A stretch of DNA of 64,000 nt. Origin: Hydrolagus colliei. Its lineage: Eukaryota. The stretch spans positions 58,094,001-58,158,000 of the forward strand of contig CM068742.1 in assembly GCA_035084275.1 (NCBI GenBank). Reading direction: 5' to 3'. The position numbers and the translations under genes are program-made. Below, piece by piece: positions 49,595 through 63,330 of the stretch (the stretch's first letter is position 1; every line of letters begins with the position of its first letter). Below the pieces are notes generated by a model that did no database searches, was not told the DNA's origin, and saw only the letters and a program-made list of their open reading frames with translations.

Positions 49595-52500
49595 GTACCC
49601 ACAGAAGATGTGTGGAAATGGATTTGCTATAGACTTCTTGGCACAGTAGACAGACACAATGTGTTGAATAGCCTATTTCTGTTCCTATACTGTCCCTCTA
49701 TAAACCATGGACTGCTTCATATTTGAGGGCCTCATCTGGTATTCTGCTCTTTCATGTTTTGCACAAATTTGTTTTAGCACAGGTTTTTGAGCATATTATG
49801 TATATTGTCAAGTTTTCCTAATGCTGTCACATATCCTGTGACATGAATGAACTATGATATCAACATACAGTATTATTTTAGTGTATCTCTTCAACCAGTG
49901 TAGTTTTTCACACATATGTTGACAACTCCTCTGAGTGCCTGCGAGCATTGATGCTGTCTGTCTTCAAATATGCTTCCATTTCGGTTACAAGTCATTGGCA
50001 AAATTTAAATCCTAAAGGCAGCTTGCAACCTCTGTCTCATCGGCAATCAATAAAGTAAGGATATTGATGTACTACCACTGTTATGCAACCAGAACATAGC
50101 ATTCCCAGTTGCTTTGGTCTGCCGTAACATAAAAGATATTCATGTTTCAGTGGTGGACTTTCTTGTCCCACATTAGCCTGTTATCCATCCAAAGTCATCA
50201 GTCCACTGAACAGAACAGAAAGCTGTCCTGCCTTTTACAGGTGGATAGAAATATAGTGTCATTTTATTGAAGCATTAAAAAAAAGTGCTACGAATTGTAG
50301 CATAAATGCTACTCAGCATGCTGCACTACTAATAAAATTGATTCCCTGCAGTGTAACAGAAGCTGCCTGAAAACTATTAGCTATAATTGAATGTTAAAGG
50401 CAAGACAGCAAGAGGGGAGAATCTGTGGGGAATTATTTAACTTCTCATTTGTCCCACATCATTTTCTTAACTGTCTTTTTTTATTTCCTACTATTTACTG
50501 TAATTTAAAATCTTGTAAGTCACTATAACAATACAAAAGGACCAGAGTGAGAGTGAGAGTGAGAGCGAGAGATTGTAGAACATGATGGAAATTTACAATA
50601 TAACAAATGGTGCTAAAATGGTGCGTAATCATCTCTGGAAATTGAGATGGAGTAGTTACCACGTGTAGATTATTAAGGGCTGTTCATGACTGAACAGTTC
50701 ATGACTGTTGCCCTAGTATCCATACACCTGCTCAGTTAGTAGGGAAGGAGGACAAGGTAACCATGGAATACAATGCTGCCAGTGACAGCTATCATGTTGG
50801 ATTAAGCTGTTTTCACGAGTGGCTTGATTAGGCGGAAAGTAGGGGTATCTCCAATTGGTGACACCACAGAAAACACTGGTGGATACATGACCAAAGTAAA
50901 GATCCAAGTGAATCTTTCTTGGGAATTCCATGGCTCACTCTTGGCGTTTTTGATTTTGTATGAGCACCCTTTGTTAAATAACCCTTTGCTGAAGGCCTGC
51001 TCTATGAAATACAGTAGGTAGCATTGCCTACTGAAGCAAGTCGCTAGAACCTCAGACCACATCCATTTTCTCAACTGGATTGGCCTACAGCTTGCTATTT
51101 TTGACACACCAATGATGAGTTTCTATAATTTTAAACCAATCTTTGTCAAAATATGTTGGGTTCATGAAGAAAACCCCCCAGAAGGGACTACATAGCAAAT
51201 AAATAAAAAGGCTTGCAAACAGTTTGAATCTCTATAAATTGGTTAAGCATCTATGGGGGTTATCTCTGACAACCCCACCACCCCACCCCCATTCCCCACA
51301 TATACTCAAAACACTCAACCTACTAGTAGCAACTGAGTTTCACCACTGTGCTTTTTCAGAAATACAATGTCCTCCCCCTGGACTATACAGAGGAGCTGTT
51401 CAACTAATGATTCCACTGCAAAATAAGGAGACTGTTAAACAAATAATGGACTGGAACATATACAATGGTAAGTAGCTTTCATTGAAACCACAGGATTTTC
51501 CCCTTAGTTACTTTTACTTGAAATGTTTTCCCTCTGGGATATATATTTCTCTTTAATTACAAACTAAATTTCAGTCATGTCTCGTGTTAACCTCAAACGA
51601 CTGTTAAAGAGTATTGTTTTATTTAAGGTGAAGAACTATGTGCAGTTGTTACATATGGGGCAGATGAGAGCACAACACTTTTTTTCTGCAACATGAATCT
51701 ATGTGAAACATTATTATAGCATGTATTTTTAATCCTTTCTGGCTAACGTTATTCACATTCATATAGTTACTGATATTTTGTTGAACAAAGAATTTGCAAG
51801 GCATTCTATATTTGTTTCTGCAGACATTAGGGTTAGACAAATGTAAAAGCCACTGCCCTAGCTGAGCTACTGAATCCATTTAGTTGTTTAACGTAGAAAG
51901 ATATTTGTGAAGTACGGATACTGAGGGATATAATAATAATGCTTATACAGTATTTGATATCGCACCTTTACGTGGGAGAAAGCCTCAAATAGCTTTACAG
52001 AACATACTGAAAAGTGGAACAACTGTATATTTTGTGGGTGAATGTAGCAACCAATTTATGCTCAGCATTGTCTCACAAAATTCTCAACGGCATCTGGGAG
52101 ATTGTTGGCCACCTTGATCGGTTTGCAGAGAGGTGAATAGCTGCTACTTAATAGGAGGCCGGATTCAGCCAGGCAGAGGCTACGGTTAGTGGAGTTAGTG
52201 GAGGTAAATATTAATAATAATAATTCTTGCATTTTATATAATGCTTTTTACATCTTCTAGATGTCTCACAGTGCTTAAAGCAGATTGGACAGGTAGGGAG
52301 GTGTGAGGGAATCAAATTATTTGTAAACAATAGTGCGAGCATCTTGAAATCAATCCATTTGATGATAGGGTGCCAGTAGATTATGGCTAGGACTAGTGTG
52401 ATGGGGATACATAGTTTTGTGCAGGTGAGTTTTGAATTTTGGGATTTTGGGACTATCATCCTTGGGGGGATGTAAATAAGGTCTCCTTGGAGTTTAATTG

Positions 52501-52839
52501 CATCAAGGTAATATGTTTGGCAATGGACTGTCAGAATGGAGCCAATCTCTGAGGTGGTCTCGGTAAACCAATTACTGAGCCGTACACGTCCGCATTACTC
52601 CAAGACAGCGGTGGTCTCATTGGCAGGACTTCCCACTCAGTTCCTATTCATTTTGAAAACTGAAGCTCTAATAGGTATGGTGGTGCTACATTGACAATCA
52701 GTGCACATTCCCGTCCAAAACATTTCTCTAGAAGTTCCATGTACAGGTTGGATGCATGGAATTCTCATTTTGGTTTGGATACTGTTAAACATGCTGGTAT
52801 TTTTCCATATGTTTCAGACACCTGACTGACCAAAAGAAA

Positions 52840-53080
52840 ACACTGGGATACTGGGAGAAACTCCCTTCTATTTTCAAGTTGCGTCTCCTAAACAGACATA
52901 GGTGAGACCTTGGTTTAATGTCTCATCTGAAGAATTGCACATCAGATAATGCAATGCACTCTAAGAGCAGCATTGAAATGTCAACTTACACTATATGAGC
53001 TCCCTGTCCTGACATGGTGCTTGAACCCACAAAAGTCTGGCACAGACATAATATATCTACCAACTGAGCCAGGCTGACAC
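52840..53080 (-). mobile_element. Deu-domain SINE 5' part
   Basis: CTTGGTTTAATGTCTCATCTGAA..CTTGAACCCAC..CCAACTGAGCCA. Confidence 0.7.
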
Positions 53081-54209
53081 ATGGATACAAAGAAAAGATG
53101 GAGAAATGGGAATCAGACAAGAGCGGTTCTGAACTAATACAATGATTTACAAAAACAGAAGTTGTTGGGAACACTCATCAATAAAATGGTTTGACTGGTC
53201 CAAAGCCCAAATTAAGTTTGCTGTTTTACCCCCAAACCCATAGTTTGATGTTTGACACCTAAAACAAATAATTTTTTAAATGTGGGTCAAGCCGTTGAAC
53301 TAGAAAGTCATGAAAAGCATTTATTGATTTAAAACATAAAATGTGTCCTGAGAGTTACATACGATAGAAAGCAACAAAACGTTTAACAAAAATTCCTTGC
53401 ATCTAAGTCATTTAATGTGCCTTTTTATCCCAGTGGGAAATGGTGATTGCCCTGAAGTGATAAGCGATTCTACACTTTACAGGTTATGGAAGACAGAAGA
53501 TGGGTTGCTTCTTGAGAGCCACAGGGTCAGTCACGTTGGGCACAAAGCTGTGTCTGACACACGTGCAGTAAAAGCTGCAGGGTCAGCTGAAACCAGATCA
53601 TGTTTCTTTCATGCATTTGAAGGGATTTGGATCTGGAACAAATTTACCAAACAGAATACTACAGAAGTTATGCTCCTGGTGGAACAGCATAGATCATGAT
53701 ACATTCTCCATTTGTGATGGTTCCGGTGTAAAGAAAGTGTGAAGAAAGTTGAACTTTTAAAAAAAAAAGATTTTAGCAACATATATGCAGTCCTATTCAT
53801 ATTGCCTTGGAATTCATACTGCTCCGTATTTCAGAGTGCACATTTGCGGTAATAAGCTTAGGTACAAGATTGCTTTTTACACCACAATGATATTAATCTT
53901 AAAACACTTGCCTGTTTCAAAGATGTACTGTCTAGTAATCTATGAATGTATGTTAACTCTGCCAATCAAAATCCTAATAAGTAGAATGATCCTAACGATA
54001 GATGTAACAGGAAGCTTGAAAGGAGTATCTTGTAGAATACTCTGACATCTCAAAGTGTTAAATAGAATAAATGCAGCTGCTCATTTCCCCACAACAATGT
54101 CCCACAAACAGCCATGACACAAACGTCTTATTTTGCTTGGGGGATTGTTGGTCAGGACACAGGGAAATCTGTGTTTACTTTTTGAATTATGTCAGGGGAT
54201 CTGGAATGC

Positions 54210-54408
54210 ACTGCTTGAAAAGGTGTGGAGGCCGATTTGATAACAACTTTTAAAAGAGAGGTAGACATTTATTTGGGGAGGACGGGTTTGCGCAGTTATG
54301 GGGAGAGAGCTGGGGAGTGGGATTGAATTGCTCTTTTCCAACAGCTGGCACAGATTCGATGGGCTGAATGGCCTCCTTTTATGTCATAAGATTCTATGAT
54401 TCTATGAT
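54210..54408 (+). mobile_element. CR1 3' end
   Basis: GGCACAGATTCGATGGGCTGAATGGCCTCC followed by (ATTCTATG)n. Confidence 0.85.
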
Positions 54409-54429
54409 CTTTTGCATCAACTTGAACAG

Positions 54430-54610
54430 GCAGACGGGAACTCGGTTTAACATCTCATCCAACCAATGGCACATCTGACAATCTGATAACCCCAGATATT
54501 GCATCGGAGTTTTAACCTAGACTCTGTGAGTTCAAAGTCCAAGGAATGGAGTTTGAACACATCACCTTCTGACTCAGAGGAAGGAGTGCTATTAACTGAG
54601 TTAGATGGAA
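54430..54610 (-). mobile_element. Deu-domain SINE 5' part
   Basis: CTCGGTTTAACATCTCATCC..ACCTTCTGACTCAGAGG..AGTGCTATTAACTGAG. Confidence 0.7.
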
Positions 54611-56359
54611 TGTCTGAGAGATAGGGAAAACTCCATTCTCTTTCTTGAGAGAATCTGGTGGATTGTTTAACCTCCACCTAAACTGGCAGATGATATCGCA
54701 TTTCAATGTCTTAATGAAAGGACAACACCCTCAAGCACAAAGTCCCTGATTATTATTATTGAAATCTAGTGGGATCTCTGGTTTATCAGGAAACTCAGTA
54801 TTATGAGCAATTAAAATGTATAAGAAAATGTGAATTGACCAGATAACCATGAAAATAAACAGATCAGTTTGCTTTAGAAACCTTGAATCAGATGAAAATG
54901 CTTCAGCTGAATATTATGCTCCAGTGAAAGAGATGCAATGACCTTCTTGACTGCTCTAATCAAAAATGCATTGCTGAAAATGTCCCAATGCTGCTCTGAT
55001 GCTTCAGGAACTGATAGATTGAGATGCCTTGCAGGCCAAGTGCAAAAGGTTAACTTTCACATTTGTACAGTTTAGAATATAAATTTCATATAGCAGAGTT
55101 AATCCATACAGGATTGTTCTGCTCAGATTCTGAAACTGACCTAATGCTACTTAAAGTGGAGTAGGCTTTTCTCTGCCAAAGCTAAAACAGGGAGATGTCA
55201 GATTTTTATCTCTATGTTCATGTCAAGCGACTTGGAACTTTGTAAAGGAGATCCCACTAACCAAGCTCTGCAGGCATTCAGAACAGAGCTCAGTTAACTT
55301 CGGTACAACTGCAGAGCTGGAATTATTAAATATACAGAAACTGGGAGACATTACATTTTTGATGACATTTCCAGTCAGAATCAAGTAGGAGAATTTTCCC
55401 ACCCAGGAAACCATAACTCTCAGTCTGTTAAAGGTAAGCCAAGATGACAAAAGTGTCACCAAAACTAAGGAAGGTCAGAATTATCATCTATATTAGTTCC
55501 TTGAAATATCACTCATAAACTTATGATTCATCAAATGTAAAAGCCAAGGCTTATATCACCCAGAAAGGAAAAAAAACAGCCCAAACTGGGGCACGCTCAG
55601 AGATAACAGTTATATCAATCTTAGCAGAATCAATGGAAGGTGGCAGAATAGCGGAGACCAGTATTATATTTATCTGCATATAGAGATCAAGCTAAAATGA
55701 TCCAGATGCTTATCATCTATTTTTCATATCGGGTACCAAACTGGTTAACTCCACTTTGATCTTGCAATTTACTGTATCAGTGCTTGACAGTGCATTGTAA
55801 TGCTGATCCCGCTTTCTACCTTGCAGCTTGCAAGGTATGCAATATTTTTATACCATAATGGAAATAAAACATAACTGTTCAACTATGTGGTATGGTTGGG
55901 AAGGGAGGATAATTTATGGATATAATGGTTGTGCTATTATGTGTCTGGAGGACCTAACAAAAGCTTCACAGGATTTACAGTAAAGTCTAATCACTGTGTA
56001 TTTTCAGGCAAATGCACCAGCTAATTGTTCAGACCAAAGTCCCACAAATAGCCAGAATATAAATAAGCAATTTAACTGCTGGTTTTGTTGTCAAATTCAC
56101 TTTTCATATAGTTTCATGGGATCTTTGACATGTACGTGAAGTGGCAGATAGGACTTAACTCTTTCATCTTACACTGTTGCTCAAACAACTAAGTTATCCA
56201 GATGGGCTAAAAATAGAATTTTAAAAGCCTGGATTTTACACGGAAGAAAAGACTGGGGAGTGATGGAGAGAACTTTTGCAGTCTGGAGGTCCCATGAAAT
56301 AGTAAAGGAGATGATGCGATGATTTTAATTTCAATATTGAGAGGATAATGATAATACAA

Positions 56360-56685
56360 ATAATAATTCTTGCATTTGATATAAAACTTTTCACGTTTTC
56401 TAGGACAACAACAAAATTACATTCATAGAGCACCTTTCACACTGGGAAGACGTCCTCAAAGCGCTTCACGTTATATCCTGTAAAATAAATTGACTGTATT
56501 TGTGGATAAAACACAGCAGCCAATTGAGCACAGCAGTGTCCCACAAACAGTCATGGATTGAAGTGACCAATTTATTTATTTTTTTCTTAAGGGATTATTA
56601 TCAGACATGTGGAATAAGGAAACTTCCCCAAGGTTTTGCCTTACTGAGAATTGAACTCAGTTTGCTCACTCTAAGCACTGAGTTA
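56360..56685 (-). mobile_element. tRNA-derived SINE with an L2 tail inserted at about 56405-56460
   Basis: Reverse copy of the 1563 family, interrupted by ACAACAACAAAATTACATT.. Confidence 0.8.
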
Positions 56686-56724
56686 CTGTTCTCTAAGGAT
56701 ACAGAGAGCAGGAAGAATATGATA

Positions 56725-57040
56725 CAAAATTACATTTGTGTAGCACCTTTCTCATAGGAGGATGTCCCAAGGCACTGGACGCTCAGGGATTTGGACCCAA
56801 GCAGAGGTGGTGAGGCGGGTTGGGATAAGGGTGAGTGGAGGGCAGATGGCTGGCTGAAGGCACAGCCGAAGAGGAGTGTCTTGAGTTGTGTCCTGAAGGA
56901 GAGAAGTAAGGGAGCAAGGTGACGGAAATGTGGGATGGAGTTGCAAAAGTAAGGGTTGAGATCTGAAACCAATGGTGAACTGGGCAGGGCATGTAAAGAA
57001 GGTTAGAGCTTGTTCAGGGTAAGGGGTGGACAGCCTAATA
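56725..57040 (-). mobile_element. L2 3' end
   Basis: AAAATTACATTTGTGTAGCACCTTTC.. tail; SFRTQLKTLLFGCAF on minus. Confidence 0.8.
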
Positions 57041-57789
57041 AAGGGATAGTTTTACTTTGCACAGCCTCATTGCATATAATAATAATGATAATCCTTGCAT
57101 TTGATATAGCGCTTTTCACAACTTATCGACAAAGCTTCACAGAATATACTGTAAAGTAAATTAACTGTGTATTTGTGGGTGAAACGTGGCAAACAATTGT
57201 GCATAGCATTGTCCCACAAACAGTCAAGGATTGAAATGACCAATGTTTATTATTGTGTTTTTTTTGGAGGGATATTTCTGCCAATGCCATGAATCAGTAC
57301 TTTGTTTCAGTACTAAGTACAGCCAAATGGCAAGAAACTGCTTAAACATATTGAAAACTCATTTGGTATCAACTTGATGGGAATAATGATCAAACTATGC
57401 TAATAACAGTGATTAATGATAATAATACAAAATTTATGAGACAGGTAATTATACAAATTGCCTTTACTTTAAAATTTATGCTTGGAAGGTTGTATAGTGT
57501 TATCAGGTAAAAGGATATTAAAGTCAATTAGGACATCACATATTCAAGACTTTCATCCTCTTACTCTTAAGAGTAATCAGGTGCTGTTCTTTAACTGGAA
57601 TAAGGCGATTTTCAGAGTTGGGATGTGATCTGGCCCAGGTGGATTGAAACAAAGATTGATAGGTAAAATAGTAAACAAACAATGGGATGTCTTCAAGGAG
57701 GAGGTAGTTAGGGTACAAACCAAACAAATTCCCGTGAGGGGAAAAGTAGGGCATCCAAAACTAATGCTCTCTAGATGACTAAGGATAAT

Positions 57790-59135
57790 GGGATTAAAAC
57801 AAAACAGAAAAGGGAGACAAAGTTAGTTTTCTCTTGGAAAAAAACAAGGCAAATCAAACTTAATTGAGTTATTTGATGAAATAAGGGAGGAGATTGATGA
57901 AGATAATGCAGTTGAATGCAGCGTATATGGACTTTCAGAAGGTGTTTCATAAAGTGCCGCTTAAGAGACTAGTCAGCAAAATTGAAGCCCATGGGATAAA
58001 AGGGACAATGGTAGCATGAATCCATAATTGCCCGGAAGATAGAAAGCAGAGTTGTGGTGAACAGTTGTTTTTCAGACTGGAGGGAATTATATAGAAGAGT
58101 TCCCTCGAGGGTCAACATTAGGTCCACTGTTTTTTTTGGACATACATAAATGGGGATAGAGAGCAAATATTTTAAGTTTGCTGATAACACAAAACTAGTA
58201 TAAGGAACATGGTAGACGATGAGGAGGAGATAGACAGACTGGTGAAATGGGCAGACACATGAAAAATGATGTATTAATGCAAAGAATTGTGAGGTGATGC
58301 ATTTTGGAAGGAAGAATGAGAGGAGGCAATATGCAATAAATTGTACAGTTTTAAAGGAGATACAGGAACAGAGAGAATGGGGGGTTCACATAGGTCTTTG
58401 AAGGTGGCAGGACAGGTTGATAGTGCAGTTTAAAAGCATATGGAATCCTTGGCTTTATAAATAGAGACATAGAGCAGAAAAGCAGGGAAGTTCTGTTAAA
58501 CATTTATAAATACTGATTAGGTCTCAGCTGCAGTATTGGGACCAATTCTGGGTACCATACTTTGGGAAGAATCGCAACAACAACAAGAACAACTTGCATT
58601 TATATAGCAGCCCTCATGTACAGTAGCATTTCAGGAAGGTTATCAATGCCTTGGAGAGGGTGCAGAGAAGATTAATTGGAATGGTACTAGAGATGAGATA
58701 CTTTAGTTATACAAAAAGACGAGAGAAGCTTGGATTGTTCTCCATAGAGCAGAGAAGGTTAAGGGGAGATTTGATAGAGGTATTCAAGATTGAAAGAGCA
58801 GATGGTTTCCACTGGCAGGTAGGTTGGTAACCAGGGCACATAGATGTATGGTAATTAGGAAAAGAACCAGAGTAAAGGAGACATTTTTTTTCCACTGAGA
58901 CTGGTTACATTCTGGAATGCACTGCCTGAAAGGATGGCGGAAAAAGAGTCAATAACAATTTTCAGAAAGGAATTAGATAGGTACTTGAAGAGGAATAATA
59001 TGCAAGGATAACTGGAAGGGGTGGGGTGGTTGGGGCAGTTGAGTGGAACAATGTGCTCTTCCAAAGAGTCAGCACAAGCATGATTGGCCAAATGGCCTTC
59101 TTCTGTGCTGCAAAATTCTAGGATTCTAGGATTCT
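57790..59135 (+). mobile_element. CR1 LINE, degraded RT domain through 3' tail
   Basis: YMDFQKVFHKVPLKRLVSKIEAHGIKG, FKFADNTKL, LFSIEQRRLRGDLIEVFKI; (ATTCTAGG)n tail. Confidence 0.92.
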
Positions 59136-59165
59136 GTGTAGTGTATTATTCTTCCAGACGGAGTA

Positions 59166-59914
59166 CAGTAGAAGCCTGTTTATCCGTGACTCGATGCACC
59201 GGCACTTCTGCATAACCGGCATGCCCCAAAAAACGTCCCCATTCGATAAACCGGAACTTATCCGGAACAATAGCAGTGGAGCATTTGTAAATGCATAAAT
59301 AAGAATATAAAGCAGAATATTGTATTGGCACTCACCATCAAAACCACTTTCCTGCGTCCCTCATCCCTGCTGGTAGAGTAGATGCTGTGCTTGAAGCCAT
59401 GATGCTGCGGTTGAGGTTTACAGTCCAGCGACCCCTTCCCAAAATGGAGCATGCCAAGCGGGTGAAAAAAACAAAGCGCATATGACATTAAAGTCATACT
59501 AGTGGCAAGCCGATAACGCTAGCCAATAACCCACATTATCGTGCAGGTGCAGTATTTTAGTTTGCCGCTAGTAGAGTCTAGGGCTTCGACTTGCAGCTAG
59601 TAAAGTTGCGCGACTTTAAAATCACGCTGCCACCTCCCTCACCTGCCTGGCGCCCTCCATTCAAAAAAGAATCGCTGGACCGCAAACCCCAACCAGTAAA
59701 GGTGAGAAGTGCAAGAGAGCAGCCGCAACAACAAGCATCAACACAATACTCTGCCATTATCTGTTATTACTTAGTCTGGTGTGTATGGCGTGTGTTAAAA
59801 GAACTTTTAATTTTTTGTAGTGGGTTTTCGGCTGCAGGCCGCCCGAATATCCGGCAGGTGCTTTAACCGGCATTGGCCAGATCCCGCGGGTGCCGGATAA
59901 ACTGGCTTCTACTG
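59166..59914. mobile_element. Tigger-like non-autonomous Tc1/mariner element
   Basis: TA|CAGTAGAAGCCTGTTTATCCG..CGGATAAACTGGCTTCTACTG|TA; ends related to the 5939 MITE. Confidence 0.9.
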
Positions 59915-60647
59915 TATTCAGTGCCTGTTTCATAGCTCATTCCTCAGTCTACCCCTTGTGAGAGGTTGCAATTTGTTTAGGGTTTTGAACTCTGCAGATT
60001 CACAAATGCTGATCTCAGTGCATTCTGTCTCCAGGGCAAAATATTGCTCCAATTCATAAATTGAATACATGAGGAAGAATAATTAAAGAGCAAACTGTAA
60101 TTATGAGAGAGATCCTGTGGGAGCGAGCCGTAATGTATAATGTACATCTCAGATTTCATTCCAGAAATTGCAATATTAGATTTAAACCTTTTTATCAGAC
60201 TAGATTTAAACATTTGCTTACAAGAAAATCCTTTGTGTCATCTAGGTCAGATTGTTTTATTCACAAAATAAAATGATCTTTAAAGTTGAGATAATACCTT
60301 TCACTTCAGAAAGTCATCTCAATGTATTCACGGGACAGACTGTAAAGTGTAGTGACAGTGTTTTTTGTAGACCTACTCAGTAGCCAATTGATGCACAGCA
60401 ATACCCGTTAACAACGTGTGACCAATTTTATTCCAAGATTGTTGGCCAGTTTTGGGGGTGTGGGGGAATTTTCTCCCTTTGTGAAAATTAACAGACTTAA
60501 TAATATGTGCTTGTGGAAATTTATTTATAAGAGCACACCCCAGCATTAAAGAAAAAACTACCTCCTTCCCGCATATTTTTTCACAGACTGTATTTCTCTT
60601 TACCCCACTCCAATCTGGCCAATGCATATTTTGAAGGGAAATGTTTA

Positions 60648-60880
60648 TAAGAACATAAGAATTAGGAGAAGGGGTAGGCTATTCAGCCCGCCGAGTCTCC
60701 CCGCCATTCAATAACATCATGGCTGATCTTCTAATCTAACTCCACCTACCTGCCTTATTCCCATATCCCTTAATCCTTTTGTCCATAATAAATCTGTCAA
60801 TTTCAGTTTGGATATGTTCAAGGACTGAGCATCTACAGCCTTTTAGGGTAGAGAATTCCATAAATTCACTACCTTCTGAA
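60648..60880 (-). mobile_element. CR1 3' end
   Basis: ATAAGAACATAAGAATTAGGAGAAGGGGTAGGCTATTCAGCCC, reverse CR1 tail. Confidence 0.85.
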
Positions 60881-61114
60881 TTTTCCACATTTTCAGCTGG
60901 GTGTACCATAGGCTGTCCATTTAGTTTTCAATGAACTATATCTGTATCTTTATATGTAAACAATCTTTTTTGATCTACAAAGTAATTTCATTTTTGCAGT
61001 ATATGCAATATCCAAGTTGTTAACAGATTCCTGATAACGTTTTGTTTGGTCCAAACAGCAGACCAAGTTTGAAGTTCACATTGATGCCAATCCATTTCTA
61101 GCAATAGCATGATC

Positions 61115-61450
61115 ACAACAACACCACCAACAAAATTACATTTGTAGAGTAGAAGGACGATTTGACCGAGGCGAAAGCAGAGCGGTAAGTTTTGATGTGG
61201 TCCAACCAGATATACCGGTGGACTGTTGGGCCAGATTTGAGCCAGATGCATTCAGCAGGCCGCACATGATCTTAGTGGCAGCGGAGGTGGTCGATGAGAC
61301 AAGGTGAGGTTCATAAGTAGGAGGTGGTTCGGGAGGCGAGCAGGGCAAGGGCATTGAGGGTAGCGGAGAGGATAGTGTGGGGGTGAGTGAGAAGGATAAG
61401 TCAGTGCTGGAAGTAGGTCAGAGGGGGAGGAGTTTAGATGACTCCACTGA
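61115..61450 (-). mobile_element. L2 tail plus internal L2-like fragment
   Basis: ACAACA..AAATTACATTTGTA tail; 61160-61230 resembles the reverse complement of about 43730-43815. Confidence 0.6.
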
Positions 61451-62769
61451 AGGGTTTGTCAATAACACTTGGTGGATTCAGCCAGCATAAAATCACTGAA
61501 ATGTATGAGAGTAAATCAGAAATAAATGACAATTAATTTACTCGATTATTGAGCATGCCTCCGCTACTATGTTTCAGTAAAATTAAGGTGCCAAGCAGAA
61601 CACTAAGTGCCCTTGTAACTAGGAGGTGACAAGGGGAGTAATAAACACTGTAAAGGAATACTAAGATTTCAATCATATCATCTTTGTTTAGTTTTAACTA
61701 TCATGTCAGCTGGTGGGGAAAGCCTAAGGACATACTAGGAGGCGATTGAAGGTGATTGTCAGGATAGAACTGAGGCTTTTAGAGGGAAATTCTGGAATTT
61801 GCAAAGAAATCTAAAAAACTTAATCTCAAATGTGGAACACAGTTTGTGAATGCTAAAAAGCTGAATGAATGCAAAGCACAGCTGGTTGAGGTTACTTTGC
61901 ACAGATGGAATTTGGATAGTATAAATTTAAATTCACTGGGACTCAAAAATCCAGTGGAAATAAATTGACTGCAGAAATTACAATGCTTAGCATTTCTTAG
62001 CATTCAATGATCTCAGGAGGAAAATTCATGATTGGAATATAGAAATAATCTAAATATTATCTTGATATTTTCTAAATTCTCGCTGATATGGAAACTGTTT
62101 TTGGTGTTGCTTGCTGACTCTGAACTGGGGTTAATAATTTCTTTTTGATCTGCCTTCTCAGTTGTAAAGCATTACAATAATAATCATTGCATTTGCATTT
62201 GCTCTCAAAGACCTCTAAAGGTGATAACAAGCAAACTGACCTAAACATGCCTGTTCAGCAGGATCTTGTTGTATGCTAGCCTTGGGGTTTGCACATCAAC
62301 ATTGTTGCTAAAATTAGCAATGAGAGAAATACTCAGGCAAAATTCCAAGCAGCTACTGTGTGTATTCAATTATAATGGGTAAAAGAACGTTACTGGTTCC
62401 ATGCTCAATAGAAGCAAAGCCATGCTCTTTTCTTTGGAACTGATTCCATTCAAATAGATCAAATTTAAAATATTCAAAATATCAAAAAGAAAATGGCAAG
62501 CACAGTAATTTTCTTTGACAAATGCTTCAGTTGTGATTGATATATATGACAGATTAATAATGATTTCTGCATTTCATATGGCACCTTTCATGTCAAGAGG
62601 ACAATTCAAAGTGCAACACTGAATATTCTGTGATGTGGTATAGTGACTTTTGAATTTTGTAGGCAATTTATATTAATGGAGATGATAAAAATTTAGAGAA
62701 CAGACTTGCTTGGAGTCTCTTAATGAAGTATCAGGAGAGCAAAGATTGTGTGGTAAAAATCATGACATT

Positions 62770-63000
62770 TATGTTATCATCACACCCAGGCTAGACTTTG
62801 CCAACTCTCTGCTCATCAGACTTCCTCACTCTTCCCTCCACATGTCGCAGATCACTCATGTGTCATCTCCCCAGGCTCTGCGAGCCTATCACTCTCATCC
62901 TTGCACAATTATATTGGCTCTCCATATTCCACAGGAATTAGTTCAAGACCCTTGTCCTCACTTTTAAAGCCATACAAGGTCTTGCTCCACTCTATCTTTA
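62770..63000 (+). mobile_element. Degraded L2 ORF2 fragment
   Basis: ITPRLDFANSLLIRLPHSSLH. Confidence 0.7.
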
Positions 63001-63019
63001 GGACCTTCTAAAACCACAT

Positions 63020-63330
63020 GGGAGCATTGGTAGCATTCTTGCCTCAGTGTCAGAAAATTGTGGGTTCAAGCCCCATAATATTAAACTGATCTGCCTATTC
63101 AGGTGGATGTTAAACATCCCAAGGCAATATTTCAAAAAGAGAAGGTCACAATACAATTGGTCATTCACTCCATGGCTGTTTGAGGAGTATTGCTGTGCGC
63201 AACTAGTTAACGCATTTTGTCCACAAAATACAATCAATCCTCTACAGTATACCCCATGAATCACGTTGAGGCTTCTCAATGACACGATAAGGCTCTATAT
63301 TAAACGCAATGATTATTATTGTTATTATAA
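63020..63330 (+). mobile_element. Deu-domain SINE, internally deleted
   Basis: GGTAGCATTCTTGCCTCAGTGTCAGAAAATTGTGGGTTCAAGCCCC..TCAGGTGGATGTTAAACATCCC.. and tail. Confidence 0.7.

Noticed and set aside
50146-50210. Imperfect hairpin with CTGATGA..GAAA on the minus strand
   Set aside because: No valid hammerhead stem II geometry; pairing is loose
55225-55432. Exon-like tract ending AAAG|GTAAGC
   Set aside because: No convincing acceptor and no recognisable peptide in the frames read
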